DNA from: Geopsychrobacteraceae bacterium
Lineage (GTDB): Bacteria > Desulfobacterota > Desulfuromonadia > Desulfuromonadales > Geopsychrobacteraceae
DNA: 64,000 nucleotides
Direction of reading: 5' to 3'
NCBI GenBank assembly: GCA_963662315.1
Contig: OY759353.1
Coordinates: 1,856,001-1,920,000, forward strand
This document shows, in pieces, positions 30,109 to 39,852 of the stretch (its first letter is position 1; each line of letters starts with the position of its first letter). The position numbers and the translations under genes are program-made. The notes below the pieces were generated by a model. It was not told the DNA's origin, ran no database searches, and worked only from the letters and a program-made list of their open reading frames with translations.

Positions 30109-31515
30109 ATGCTAAACCAAGCGATACTTGACCAGTTAAAGACGATTTGCGGCACGCAGCATGTTACCACCGAAAAAGCTGATTTGATCTGCTATTCCTA
30201 CGATGCCACCCAACGTCAGTTCTTACCCGATGTCGTTGTTCACCCGGCGAATAGTAGCGAAATCAGCGCAATCATGAAGCTGGCCAACGACTATAAGGTG
30301 CCTGTTTTTCCACGCGGTGCCGGCAGTGGCTTTACCGGTGGCAGCCTGCCGACCAGTGGCGGGATCGTCATGGGCCTCTCCCGCCTTGACAGAATTATCG
30401 AGATTGATGAGGAAAACCTTGTCGCGACCGTTGAACCAGGCGTGGTGACCGAAGACTTTCAGAAAGCGGTCGAAAAGGTCGGTCTGTTCTACCCCCCCGA
30501 CCCGGCATCCCTGAAAGTCAGTACGCTGGGCGGAAACGTTGCAGAATGCGCTGGCGGTCCCCGCTGCGTCAAATATGGGGTCACCAAGGACTACATCATC
30601 GGCCTGGAAATCGTCACCCCGACTGGTGATATTATCAAAACCGGCGGGCCGACCATGAAGGGGGTCGTCGGCTATGACCTGACGAAACTCATCTGCGGCA
30701 GTGAAGGAACCCTCGCCGTTATTTCCAAGATCATCATTAAACTGCTCCCAAAACCGGAAGCTAAAAAAACCATGCTGGTCCTGTTCGATTCCATCGATGG
30801 AGCAGCACAAGCGGTTTCAGCCATTATCCGCGGTAAAATCATTCCAACAACCCTTGAATTCATGGATGGCCGTACCCTGGAATGTGTCCGGAACGCCACC
30901 GGTCTTGAAGTTCCGGATACAGCCAACGCCGTGCTTATTATTGAAGTAGACGGTGACCGTGAATTCCTTGATAAACAAGCCGAAAAAATTGCAAACATCA
31001 TCAAACCTCTCGGAGTTGTTGAAACCCGCATTGCCGAGACTCCGGCCGAAAGTGAAGCGTTGTGGCAGATCAGACGCTCCGTCTCCGCATCCTTACGCCG
31101 TGTTAATCCCGATAAATTCAATGAAGATATTTGCGTTCCCCGCTCAAAAGTTCCTGACATGATTCGTAAAATCGATAAGATCTCAGATACCTACGGAATT
31201 CCGATCGTCAACTTCGGGCATGCCGGTGATGGGAATATTCATGTCAACGTCATGATCGACAGTAAGGTTCCCGGCCAGAGCGAAAAAGCTGAAAAAGCCA
31301 TTGAAGAAGTCTTTGCCGGTGCTCTTGAGTTAGGTGGAACCATGAGCGGTGAACACGGGGTTGGTATCATGAAGGCACCCTTTATCGAAATGGAACTTAG
31401 CCGCACCAGTATCGACTATATGAAAACCATCAAAAAAGCCCTTGACCCTAACAATATCCTTAACCCGAACAAAATGTTCCCTTGTGACAAATCCAGTGTC
31501 GCAACAACTCTATAA
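30109..31515 (+). CDS. glcD: FAD-linked glycolate/D-lactate oxidase subunit
   Basis: PRGAGSG, YPPDPAS, GGPRCVKYGVT, GYDL, GSEGTL, GHAGDGNIH, SGEHGVG, DPNNILNP. Confidence 0.9.
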   Translation: MLNQAILDQLKTICGTQHVTTEKADLICYSYDATQRQFLPDVVVHPANSSEISAIMKLANDYKVPVFPRGAGSGFTGGSLPTSGGIVMGLSRLDRIIEIDEENLVATVEPGVVTEDFQKAVEKVGLFYPPDPASLKVSTLGGNVAECAGGPRCVKYGVTKDYIIGLEIVTPTGDIIKTGGPTMKGVVGYDLTKLICGSEGTLAVISKIIIKLLPKPEAKKTMLVLFDSIDGAAQAVSAIIRGKIIPTTLEFMDGRTLECVRNATGLEVPDTANAVLIIEVDGDREFLDKQAEKIANIIKPLGVVETRIAETPAESEALWQIRRSVSASLRRVNPDKFNEDICVPRSKVPDMIRKIDKISDTYGIPIVNFGHAGDGNIHVNVMIDSKVPGQSEKAEKAIEEVFAGALELGGTMSGEHGVGIMKAPFIEMELSRTSIDYMKTIKKALDPNNILNPNKMFPCDKSSVATTL

Positions 31516-31526
31516 TCAGGGGAGCG

Positions 31527-32795
31527 ATGAGGTCTATGGTGAAACTGAGAAAACTCGAAGAATTCCGTGCTGAGATTGAACAGTGTGTCAAATGTGGCGG
31601 ATGCCGTGCTCACTGCCCCGCTTTTGGCGCTGAGAAACACGAAGGGCGCGTCGCTCGCGGTAAGATTGCCTTGGCCGACGCTCTGCTAAAAGGAAATGTT
31701 GATCTGGAAGAACAATTCCTCCTCGACATGTCACAATGCCTGCTGTGCGGCAGTTGCTATTCACAGTGTCCAAACAAGGTCCATACTGAAGAAATCGTTG
31801 CGGCAACGCGGCGCGAAATAGCCGAACGTAAAGGGCTGTCAACCTTCGGGAAAGGGGTATCCACGGTACTCAAACATCAAGGATTGATGAATTTTCTGGC
31901 CAAAAGTGGCGGAACCTTTTCAAAGCTGTTGTTCAAAAAGATCCCCGAACAAAGTGGCCTGCGCCTACGCTTTCCCGCACCTTTCATCAGTTCAGACCGA
32001 ACCCTACCACCAATTGCCACAAAACCATTTCGTGAGCGACACCCGGAGGTTATTCCCGGTCAACAGGGGCAACCCAAAGTACTGTTCTTCACCGGTTGCG
32101 GGATTAACTATATGTACCCTGACAGCGGCGAAGCGTTACTCAAAGCTCTCAAATTCCTGGGTGTTACCATCGTGATTCCGAAGGATCAGAGCTGCTGTGG
32201 CTTGCCTGCCGTTTCAGCAGGAGCGACCGCAACCGTTGAATCTTTGGCAAAAGACAATCTGGACATGCTGCGCAAACACGACTGCGACTATATTGTCACA
32301 GCGTGCGCCTCCTGCCATAGCGGCCTGACCCAGATCTACCCGGGAATGAGCAAAGATTTTGATCCCTATAAAGAAAAAGTTCGCGATATTTTTGTCTTTT
32401 TGGTTGAACAGGGCCTGCCGCAAAAACTTGCCGAATTACCCAAAGCTGCCACACCGGTCAAAGTGACGTACCATGACCCGTGTCACTTGCGGAACCACGG
32501 TATTACCAAGGAACCAAGAGCAATTCTCAAGGCACTGCCGCACGTCGACTATGTCGAAATGAACAATGCCGGCAGCTGCTGTGGCTTGGGCGGTACCTAC
32601 TCGGTTTACCACTACGACACCAGCAAGAAAATCGGTGCCAAAAAAGCGACCAACATAGAGAACAGCGGTGCCGGGCTGGTTGCAACGGATTGCCCCGGCT
32701 GCATAATGCAACTGCAGGACAGCATTAATCATGCTGGAGGCCAGCAACAGGCTGTCCATATTCTTGATCTCCTTGCGGAGGCTCTGCCAGGTTAA
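31527..32795 (+). CDS. glcF: Glycolate oxidase Fe-S subunit (2x[4Fe-4S] plus two CCG domains)
   Basis: CVKCGGCRAHCP, CLLCGSCYSQCP, CCG twice, YHDPCHL. Confidence 0.88.
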   Translation: MRSMVKLRKLEEFRAEIEQCVKCGGCRAHCPAFGAEKHEGRVARGKIALADALLKGNVDLEEQFLLDMSQCLLCGSCYSQCPNKVHTEEIVAATRREIAERKGLSTFGKGVSTVLKHQGLMNFLAKSGGTFSKLLFKKIPEQSGLRLRFPAPFISSDRTLPPIATKPFRERHPEVIPGQQGQPKVLFFTGCGINYMYPDSGEALLKALKFLGVTIVIPKDQSCCGLPAVSAGATATVESLAKDNLDMLRKHDCDYIVTACASCHSGLTQIYPGMSKDFDPYKEKVRDIFVFLVEQGLPQKLAELPKAATPVKVTYHDPCHLRNHGITKEPRAILKALPHVDYVEMNNAGSCCGLGGTYSVYHYDTSKKIGAKKATNIENSGAGLVATDCPGCIMQLQDSINHAGGQQQAVHILDLLAEALPG

Positions 32796-32848
32796 TCCCT
32801 GGCGGCAGCCTATGGGATATTAGCGCTACCACGATATTTGTTTCACAG

Positions 32849-32986
32849 GTGACGTTGTCCGATCATTTGCCCGTGGTGGTGGATTTTAATGTCGATGTCG
32901 CTGAGGATCAGCGTAAAGAAAAGCGTGATTCGTCCAGCTATGGTTACAGTCTTGAGGATCTTGATGCCGTGGGCATCCGGCCCTGA
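32849..32986 (+). pseudogene. Probable 3' remnant of an endonuclease/exonuclease/phosphatase gene
   Basis: Frame reads LSDHLPVVVDFNVD...GIRP-stop; SDHxPV is the EEP C-terminal catalytic motif. Confidence 0.45.
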
Positions 32987-33230
32987 TGTGGCCCCGCAGT
33001 TAGCAATCATATTTTTGTCAGATTCTTTGAGTAAACTGCATTGTTGTTGGTAGTGCCAGAAGGATCAATCCACATGTCGAATAGACCAGATTCTGAGAGA
33101 ATCCGTCTACAGACCTCCATCTTTAAAAGAGAAGATCATTACCTGTCATTATTCCCTGAACTTTAAGCACTTGTTAGCCCAGACTAAAAGCTAACGAGAA
33201 AAAGCCAGTTTTTCACAAGGAGGGGGACCC

Positions 33231-36200
33231 TTGTCAATATCTGCTGCTCAGTCACGCCTGACCGTCCGGGTCGGTGGTGCTGATTATGCCGTCGTATCTG
33301 TGACCGGGCAGGAAGCCTTTAACCGCCCGTTTTCTTTTGCCCTAGAACTCGTCGTGCCCGGTTATCAGTCGCTCACCAACCAGTTGGGCAGCAGCGTTCG
33401 CATGTCGATGTTGGCGACCAGCGGTCAACCGCGCACCGTCTTCGGTCTGGTCACTCAGGTTGCTCATGTCATGGGCCTGCCCGATCAGCGGCAACTGTGG
33501 CGTCTGGAGGTAAGCTCACATCTGTACCGGTTGCAGCAGGTGAGCGATACCCGTCTGCTGCTCGATCACAGCCTGCCTGAGATTATTCAACGGCTGTGCA
33601 ACCGCCATGGGCTTGATGACAATGCCCTGTTCTGTGACTGGGGACAGAGTTACCCGGCCCGGCCGACCACCCTGCAGGCCGGGGAGAGCGACTTTGATTT
33701 TCTCGCCCGCTTATGCAGTCGGCACGGCATCCTGTTCTGGTCAGCGGCCAGTGACGAGCAGGAAGTGCTCCATTTTGCCGACACGGCCAGCCATTGTCGA
33801 CCGCTGGCGCGTCCGGCGCTTGAGTATCGGGCCAATGCCGGGCTGGATCATGATGCCACTGACAACGATGTGCTGACCATGGAACTGGGGGCGCAGCTGG
33901 TCAGTGACTGCTATCTGGTCCACGACGTCGCTGAATCAGCACCGGGACAGGCCCTGCTCAGCGAGCGCCAGCTGCCAGGCGCTGGCAAATCCGCTTATGG
34001 GACCACCTTGGTCTGCACTGGGCGCGGTGTGACCAGTACCGATGAAGCCAGTGCGGCGACCGAGTTGTTGGCCCATATCGGAGCAGCGCAACAGCAGAAA
34101 CTGACCATCACCAGCCATGCCGTCGATCTGCGTGTCGGGCGCATCGTGCGCATTGATGCGGACCGTTTTGGCAGCGGCATCAGTGGCGATTACCTGATCA
34201 CCGGAATGACCCATAAACTCCATCAATATGCCGGCCTCGGCCTGGGTGGCGACAGTGATTGCCCCTACAGCAACGCGGTGGTTTTGGTGCCGCGCGAAAC
34301 ACCTTACCGGGTGCCTGAAAGCAAACGCCCCAAAGTGCCCCTGGCGGTAACCGCACGCATAGAAAGCAAAGACCCAACAGCCCAACTGGACAGCGCCGGA
34401 CGGACCCGTTACCGTCAGCATAACGACAGCCTGACAAAACCCTTCGCCCAGAACAGCATCTTCACGCGGCGCCTGCAACCCTATGGCGGCACCGGAAACG
34501 GCCATCAGCCCGGCTTCCACACCCCGCTGCAGGATGGTGCTGAAATTCTGGTCAGTTGCCTGAACGGCGATCCCGACCGCCCGGTAATTATCGGCAGCCT
34601 GCCCAACCCGGAAACCCCGTCCCCGGTCAGCGCCAGCAGTGCCGCCCACAATCGCCTGCGCAGCGCCAATGATCAGGAACTGTGTCTGGATGATACCATC
34701 GATGCCCCTGTCATCACCTTGCGCACCTTCGCCGGTCACAATATGCTGCACCTCAACGCCAGCAAGGCCGAACACCTGATCCGCCTGGCTACAGAGCAGG
34801 GCCTGGCCGAGTTCTACGCCAAACAGACCCTGAACACCACCAGTGGTGATACCCTGACCGAAACGGTCGGCAATAACCGCATCCAGGTGGTGGAAGACCG
34901 TCACCAGACCATCACCAACAGTGCCGAAATCCACCACCAGTCGGCTACCGACGTGCTGCTGCGCGGTGCCAACAATATCCAGCTTGAGTCGGGTGAAAAT
35001 ATCGAGTTCGAAGCCGGTAACGACATGCGTATCGATATCCGCGAAGCCATGAACATCAAGGTGGATGGCAGCTCCGCAGCCATCAATATCAACAGCGGCA
35101 GCATGATCCTCGATAGCAGAGGCGCCATCAAAATACAGGGGGATGGTGGTGGTGATATCTGCATCGGCCAGGCCGGTGGTGGCATCAAGATGGACCCATC
35201 CGGCAACATCACCCTGTTCGGCACCAACGTCAACTTTGCCGGAACCGTCAGCATGAGCGGCAAGATCAACATGGACGTCACCAGCCCGCCAAGTGTCAGT
35301 TTGGCCAGTGGTGTGACGGCGACGGCGGCCATTGGGATCGGCACCATGGAAGGGCAGGCCGGCCCAACCCCTGCACCCAACTGGGTCGAGCTTGAATACC
35401 TCTACGCAGATGGAAGCGGTGTCGCCGGGGCCAGTTATACGATCTATGATGATAGCGATAACGTCATTGCTGGGGGCGTGCTGGATAAGCAAGGGAAGGC
35501 ATACGTCATTCTTCCCGCCGACAAAGAGGATATTCGCGTCGATTATGGTGGAGACCCAGGCGAAGTAGAACAGTTGGTCACCAGCGAACCCCAGCCTCAC
35601 CCAGAAGAACAGGGGTGGTTTGAACGCATGACCACGACCCTCAAAGGCGCCTGGGATACCACCAAGGACGCAGCCGACTGGACCTGGGGCGCGTTACAGG
35701 GAGATTTTAACGAAGACGCCACCATCGGCCAGATTGCGACCAACGCTATTATTACCGCCATTCCAGTGGTTGATCAGGTGGGTGATGTGCGTGATATCAC
35801 CGCCAACATCAAACTGCTGGTCTGGGATAAACGCTATAAGGAAGCCGCCATCTGGTTTGCCCTGGTCGTCACCCTGGTCGGTTTGATCCCCACCTTAGGT
35901 TCCCTGCTCAAAGGCGTGTTCAAACTCATCTGGAAGGGAGCCAAGCTAGACGAAGTTCTTGCTCTGTTTAACTACTTCATGAAGGGAAACGGTGTCAGCT
36001 GGCTCAAAGAGCTGAAAGCCGGCAAGCTGAAGGACTACATCGACGAAGCCGCACAATACGGGCATACAATCATGGACAAGGTCACTGACCTGCTCACCGA
36101 CCTGAAATCCCATGTGCCACAGAAGTTTCAGAATATCCACGCCAAAATCCAGGACACCCTGATGAGCCTGCAAACCGTCAAAGGGCAGATCAACGCCCAG

Positions 36201-36848
36201 TTCGCCAAAGTCGGTGATGAGCTGGGGCTTAAAATTGGTAAGATGCTGGATGAAGGGGTGGAGAATAGTGTTCGTGGGAGTAGTCGGAAGACGTTGGCGA
36301 AGAAGCAGAGGGCAGTGGCGCCAAGCAATAGCTCAGCTGGCCCTAATCCAAATGTTGTCTCAGGACAAGGTTCACACGTAAAGATGGATGGTCACAAAAT
36401 TTATGATTCAAACTATTCTGCTCTCAGCACTAACCCTAGTGCACAATACAGATTTTCAGATCCTACGTTTCGCTCGACAGGCGGCGATGTTTATTTTGGT
36501 GAAAATGTCGCAGTTTCATATTTTGAAGTGCGAAAGAATTCCTCCGGAAAATCCCTATTTGTTGGCGATGTAAAGATTGATAACATTTTGGATCTCACAG
36601 ACCCTGATGTATTAAAAAACATGAATATAGATTATACCATGCTAACAAAAAGTGTTGACACGCCTATTCAGCAAAAATCAATTTACGGCTATACTAATAA
36701 TGTCTCAAACCAAGCATACCAAGCTGGATATAATGGGATATTGTACGAAAGTAGCAGAAAATCGGCTGGAAACAATAAAGCATTAATATTATTTGATGGA
36801 AGATATAAACAGAGCGACATTGAATTAATCATGGATAGAAAGATATAA
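33231..36848 (+). CDS. vgrG: Evolved type VI secretion VgrG with FIX-like domain and C-terminal RES toxin domain
   Basis: G.EA.NRPF.F, Q..ESD.DF..RL....GI, NGDPDRPVIIG, beta-helix spike; AIPVVDQVGDVRD...LIPTLGS FIX-like segment (~35700-35935); RF..Y..EV..ILDLTD..GYNGILYESSR RES motifs; TTG start after AAGGAGG. Confidence 0.9.
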   Translation: MSISAAQSRLTVRVGGADYAVVSVTGQEAFNRPFSFALELVVPGYQSLTNQLGSSVRMSMLATSGQPRTVFGLVTQVAHVMGLPDQRQLWRLEVSSHLYRLQQVSDTRLLLDHSLPEIIQRLCNRHGLDDNALFCDWGQSYPARPTTLQAGESDFDFLARLCSRHGILFWSAASDEQEVLHFADTASHCRPLARPALEYRANAGLDHDATDNDVLTMELGAQLVSDCYLVHDVAESAPGQALLSERQLPGAGKSAYGTTLVCTGRGVTSTDEASAATELLAHIGAAQQQKLTITSHAVDLRVGRIVRIDADRFGSGISGDYLITGMTHKLHQYAGLGLGGDSDCPYSNAVVLVPRETPYRVPESKRPKVPLAVTARIESKDPTAQLDSAGRTRYRQHNDSLTKPFAQNSIFTRRLQPYGGTGNGHQPGFHTPLQDGAEILVSCLNGDPDRPVIIGSLPNPETPSPVSASSAAHNRLRSANDQELCLDDTIDAPVITLRTFAGHNMLHLNASKAEHLIRLATEQGLAEFYAKQTLNTTSGDTLTETVGNNRIQVVEDRHQTITNSAEIHHQSATDVLLRGANNIQLESGENIEFEAGNDMRIDIREAMNIKVDGSSAAININSGSMILDSRGAIKIQGDGGGDICIGQAGGGIKMDPSGNITLFGTNVNFAGTVSMSGKINMDVTSPPSVSLASGVTATAAIGIGTMEGQAGPTPAPNWVELEYLYADGSGVAGASYTIYDDSDNVIAGGVLDKQGKAYVILPADKEDIRVDYGGDPGEVEQLVTSEPQPHPEEQGWFERMTTTLKGAWDTTKDAADWTWGALQGDFNEDATIGQIATNAIITAIPVVDQVGDVRDITANIKLLVWDKRYKEAAIWFALVVTLVGLIPTLGSLLKGVFKLIWKGAKLDEVLALFNYFMKGNGVSWLKELKAGKLKDYIDEAAQYGHTIMDKVTDLLTDLKSHVPQKFQNIHAKIQDTLMSLQTVKGQINAQFAKVGDELGLKIGKMLDEGVENSVRGSSRKTLAKKQRAVAPSNSSAGPNPNVVSGQGSHVKMDGHKIYDSNYSALSTNPSAQYRFSDPTFRSTGGDVYFGENVAVSYFEVRKNSSGKSLFVGDVKIDNILDLTDPDVLKNMNIDYTMLTKSVDTPIQQKSIYGYTNNVSNQAYQAGYNGILYESSRKSAGNNKALILFDGRYKQSDIELIMDRKI
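35376..36313 (+). repeat. Copy 1 of the pre-toxin repeat (inside vgrG)
   Basis: Near-identical to 39853-40773 (offset 4477) and, from 35798, to 38258-38773 (offset 2460). Confidence 0.92.
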
Positions 36849-36849
36849 G

Positions 36850-37284
36850 ATGGAAAATTATACTAAAAAGCCTGCGGCCCAACTATCTATACATCCAGCA
36901 AAAATTAAAGGACTCGAGAGTCATGGTTTATGTTACTTCACATACCATGATTCTGATTTCGTAGGAGCACAATGTAGTAAATGCAATACTATTGTATGGG
37001 CAAATGCTAAAATAAACAAAGTTCTCAATGAAAACAGGCCATTAAACATCAAGGGCTTCGGAAAGGAATACCAAGAGTATTACTTTGAAAAATTATCAAG
37101 ATTTTTGAAAAGCTTGCCAAAATGCCCAAAGTGTGGAAGTCAATCTTTCGACAGATTCATCAACAATGTTAATTTTCCTAGACTTCAAGACGGAACAGAT
37201 TTCGACGATTCCAAAGATGATATAGAGCTATCCTATTCAGATGCTAACAATATTCAAGTCTGGCTATTAAATGAAGATTGTTGA
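36850..37284 (+). CDS. Putative immunity protein for the RES toxin (two CxxC pairs)
   Basis: Starts 1 bp after the vgrG stop; AT-rich; CSKC and CPKC. Confidence 0.7.
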   Translation: MENYTKKPAAQLSIHPAKIKGLESHGLCYFTYHDSDFVGAQCSKCNTIVWANAKINKVLNENRPLNIKGFGKEYQEYYFEKLSRFLKSLPKCPKCGSQSFDRFINNVNFPRLQDGTDFDDSKDDIELSYSDANNIQVWLLNEDC

Positions 37285-37402
37285 AATATTCAGTGATATT
37301 TGTACCAAACATTTTTTACAACCAACGAAATAACAATTTCCAGAACGTATACACATTTTTTGAATTTTTTTTGATCTTTGACACTCTACTGTAAAATCTT
37401 GA

Positions 37403-37516
37403 TGGACTACATCGGCGAAGCTGCATGAGCTAGGTGGAGGAACCCAGATACAAATGACTATGCGCCCAAAAGATAGAATGCAGTATTTAAAGGTCGTAGA
37501 TGTTAGATATTTATAA
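37403..37516 (+). pseudogene. Probable toxin C-terminal remnant
   Basis: Start-less frame WTTSAKLHELGGGTQIQM...LKVVDVRYL-stop; its stop abuts the next SD; GGGxQ recurs in the TNT cassette. Confidence 0.45.
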
Positions 37517-37526
37517 GGAGAGCACA

Positions 37527-37865
37527 GTGATGATCGCAGAGGATATCGATAATATTGAGTTGAAAATAGATTTGGAAAACGTAAGTGAATACAAGGTCTA
37601 TAAGGACTTTGACACAATACTGGTACTCAACAATGAAGGTTGTGCTGATTTTATAAATGGATTTAGTTGTAAAGGTATATTGAAGTTTAAACAAGCTTGT
37701 ATAGATGGTTTTGATTTTGAATATTTAACTAGTCACCATCGCTCTCCTTTGGCAGTTGTGTGTGGTGTTATAGATATCGAAAGTTCAAATGAGAGGTGGT
37801 CAGATTTTTATTTTTCAGTTGACCCGATTACAGGCAATTTAGAGAAGTTGTGTGTAGCGAGGTAA
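37527..37865 (+). CDS. Putative orphan immunity protein
   Basis: SD AAGGAG then GTG/ATG at 37527/37530; acidic and AT-rich; lies within the toxin array. Confidence 0.6.
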   Translation: MMIAEDIDNIELKIDLENVSEYKVYKDFDTILVLNNEGCADFINGFSCKGILKFKQACIDGFDFEYLTSHHRSPLAVVCGVIDIESSNERWSDFYFSVDPITGNLEKLCVAR

Positions 37866-37896
37866 GAACGCTCACCAATGCCCAGATTACAGATTT

Positions 37897-38235
37897 TCAG
37901 CGTAACCGACGTAGCCAAATGGCTTCGGAAAGGCAGGAAAAATAAGCGAGAACGAAACCATGCCACCACAATGGCTGGCCACAAAACGGACACCCGGATG
38001 GTTTGGTCCAGAGAAAATCTCTCCCCATCCGTGCAATATCATTGACGTTGGCAGCAACAGATATTACCAATAAAGGAACTCCTTGCCGGGAGGCCAATCC
38101 CTGCATGGAAGGGGCGATGGGACTCCTCGAAAGTCCCACCGCCCTACCTCAAACAATGACGATGATCAGATGCAATTTAATCTGAAATTCTCATTCTTCT
38201 CTCTAACACATTGTGAGAATAACCTGCCAGTTTTT
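37897..38235 (-). mobile_element. Fragment of an IS-like element (DUF6431-type zinc-ribbon accessory ORF, truncated)
   Basis: GCPFCGQPLWWHGFV.AYF...IWLRRLR then stop; no DDE transposase follows. Confidence 0.45.
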
Positions 38236-38257
38236 ATCAACTCAATCTGGGAACTAA

Positions 38258-39398
38258 CACCGCCAACATCAAACTGCTGGTCTGGGATAAACGTTACAAA
38301 GAGGCCGCGATCTGGTTTGCTCTGGTCGTCACCCTGGTCGGTTTGATCCCCACTTTAGGTTCCCTGCTCAAAGGCGTGTTCAAACTCATCTGGAAGGGAG
38401 CCAAGCTAGACGAAGTTCTCGCCCTGTTCAACTACTTCATGAAGGGGAACGGTGTCAGCTGGCTTAAAGAGCTGAAAGCCGGCAAGCTGAAGGACTACAT
38501 CGACGAAGCCGCACAATACGGGCACACGATCATGGACAAGGTCACTGACCTGCTCACCGACCTGAAATCCCATGTGCCACAGAAGTTTCAGAATATCCAC
38601 ACCAAAATTCAGGACACCCTCAATAGCCTGCAGACGGTTAAAGGGCAGATCAATGCGCAGTTTGCCAAAGTTGGTGATGAGTTGGGGCTTAAAATTGGTA
38701 AGATGCTGGATGAAGGGGTGGAGAATAGTGTTCGAGGCAGTAGCCGGAAGACGTTGGCGAAGAGGCAGAAGGCGATTCCACCAGCGAGTCAATTACATAA
38801 ATTATCAACCTGCTCAAAGCAAGAGCTACATAACTATCTAAGAAATATTGATCCCGATGCAGCAAGTGATTTTTTAAGAAATGACAGTTGGCCTTCAGAT
38901 ATCCAGATACCAAAAAATTCCATCGCGATAAGATCGGATGGTACGATTGATTGGGATAAGGCCAAAGGAGGAGGTTATGTTCATATTGGAAACAAACCAG
39001 ACAAGCATAAATACATGCCTCAAGTTGGTGAGTTTATCGATCGTTACGGACCTCCTAATGGAAGATATACATCGCCTGTTATTAATGATAAACCGTACAG
39101 TTATGATATGAGGGCATTACCCTACCTAGAAGATCCTGCTATGTATCACAAGTATGAAGTAGTTGGAGATATGACAGATATTAAAAAATATGTCAATAAT
39201 TGCAGTGACTTGTCCCTTAAAAAGGAAATCAATGACTTGGTTGATAACTATTATTCTGGAGATTATTCAAAAATAACTTCTTTCCAGGGTAAAATTGCGG
39301 CAGTAAACGGTTGGGGATCTGGAGGGGGGATTCAATACGAACTTGGTCTTTCCGTGGAGAAATTAGAAAAACTAGGAATTTTGAAAGAGGTGATATGA
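38258..39398 (+). CDS. Orphan toxin cassette: partial FIX repeat plus TNT-family NAD+ glycohydrolase domain (no convincing start)
   Basis: Homology to vgrG over 38258-38773, then IDRYG...GRYTSP, RALP, YHKYEV, GGGIQY, L...GIL.E. Confidence 0.85.
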
Positions 39399-39399
39399 A

Positions 39400-39654
39400 A
39401 TGAATATTTTAGAGGTAAAAAAGCACATCAAAATTAAAGATCTATCATGCGTAAATTTTTATAACATTGATGAGTTGAGGGAAGATCAAGTTGTTATCTG
39501 TAAAAGTTCTGATACGTGGTCAGTTTTTATTACAGACGAGAGGGCTAATCCAATTGATGGCTCATTCTTGACTTTTGATACGGAAGAAGACGCTCTGGAC
39601 AATCTTATTAAACGAGCTGAATTCGTCGAAAAAAATATCCGCAAAAAAAAATAA
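39400..39654 (+). CDS. Immunity protein, Imm59-like
   Basis: EDQVVI, W.VF.TDERA and F.TEEDAL motifs; starts 1 bp after the TNT stop. Confidence 0.7.
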   Translation: MNILEVKKHIKIKDLSCVNFYNIDELREDQVVICKSSDTWSVFITDERANPIDGSFLTFDTEEDALDNLIKRAEFVEKNIRKKK

Positions 39655-39852
39655 AGTATAGTAGCAGGTCAATCTAACATTGCGATAGGAGAAAAATAGG
39701 GAAATGTCTCTACTTTCCCCTGACTGATTCACATTGCTGAACAAAGCCGCTAGCGCGGCGAAAAAAATCAGCTCACAATCGCCTGCGCACCTTTGCCAGA
39801 CACAATATGCTGTCATAGACAGAGTTTTTCTAGTTGACCCAGGAACCGGGAG

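Noticed and set aside
33936..35600. 554-aa antisense ORF inside vgrG (and similar shadow ORFs elsewhere)
   Set aside because: Mirror frame of a GC-rich gene with no recognisable motifs
37897..37899. TGA ending the zinc-ribbon fragment as selenocysteine
   Set aside because: The downstream frame does not resume the expected CxxC; simple truncation is more likely
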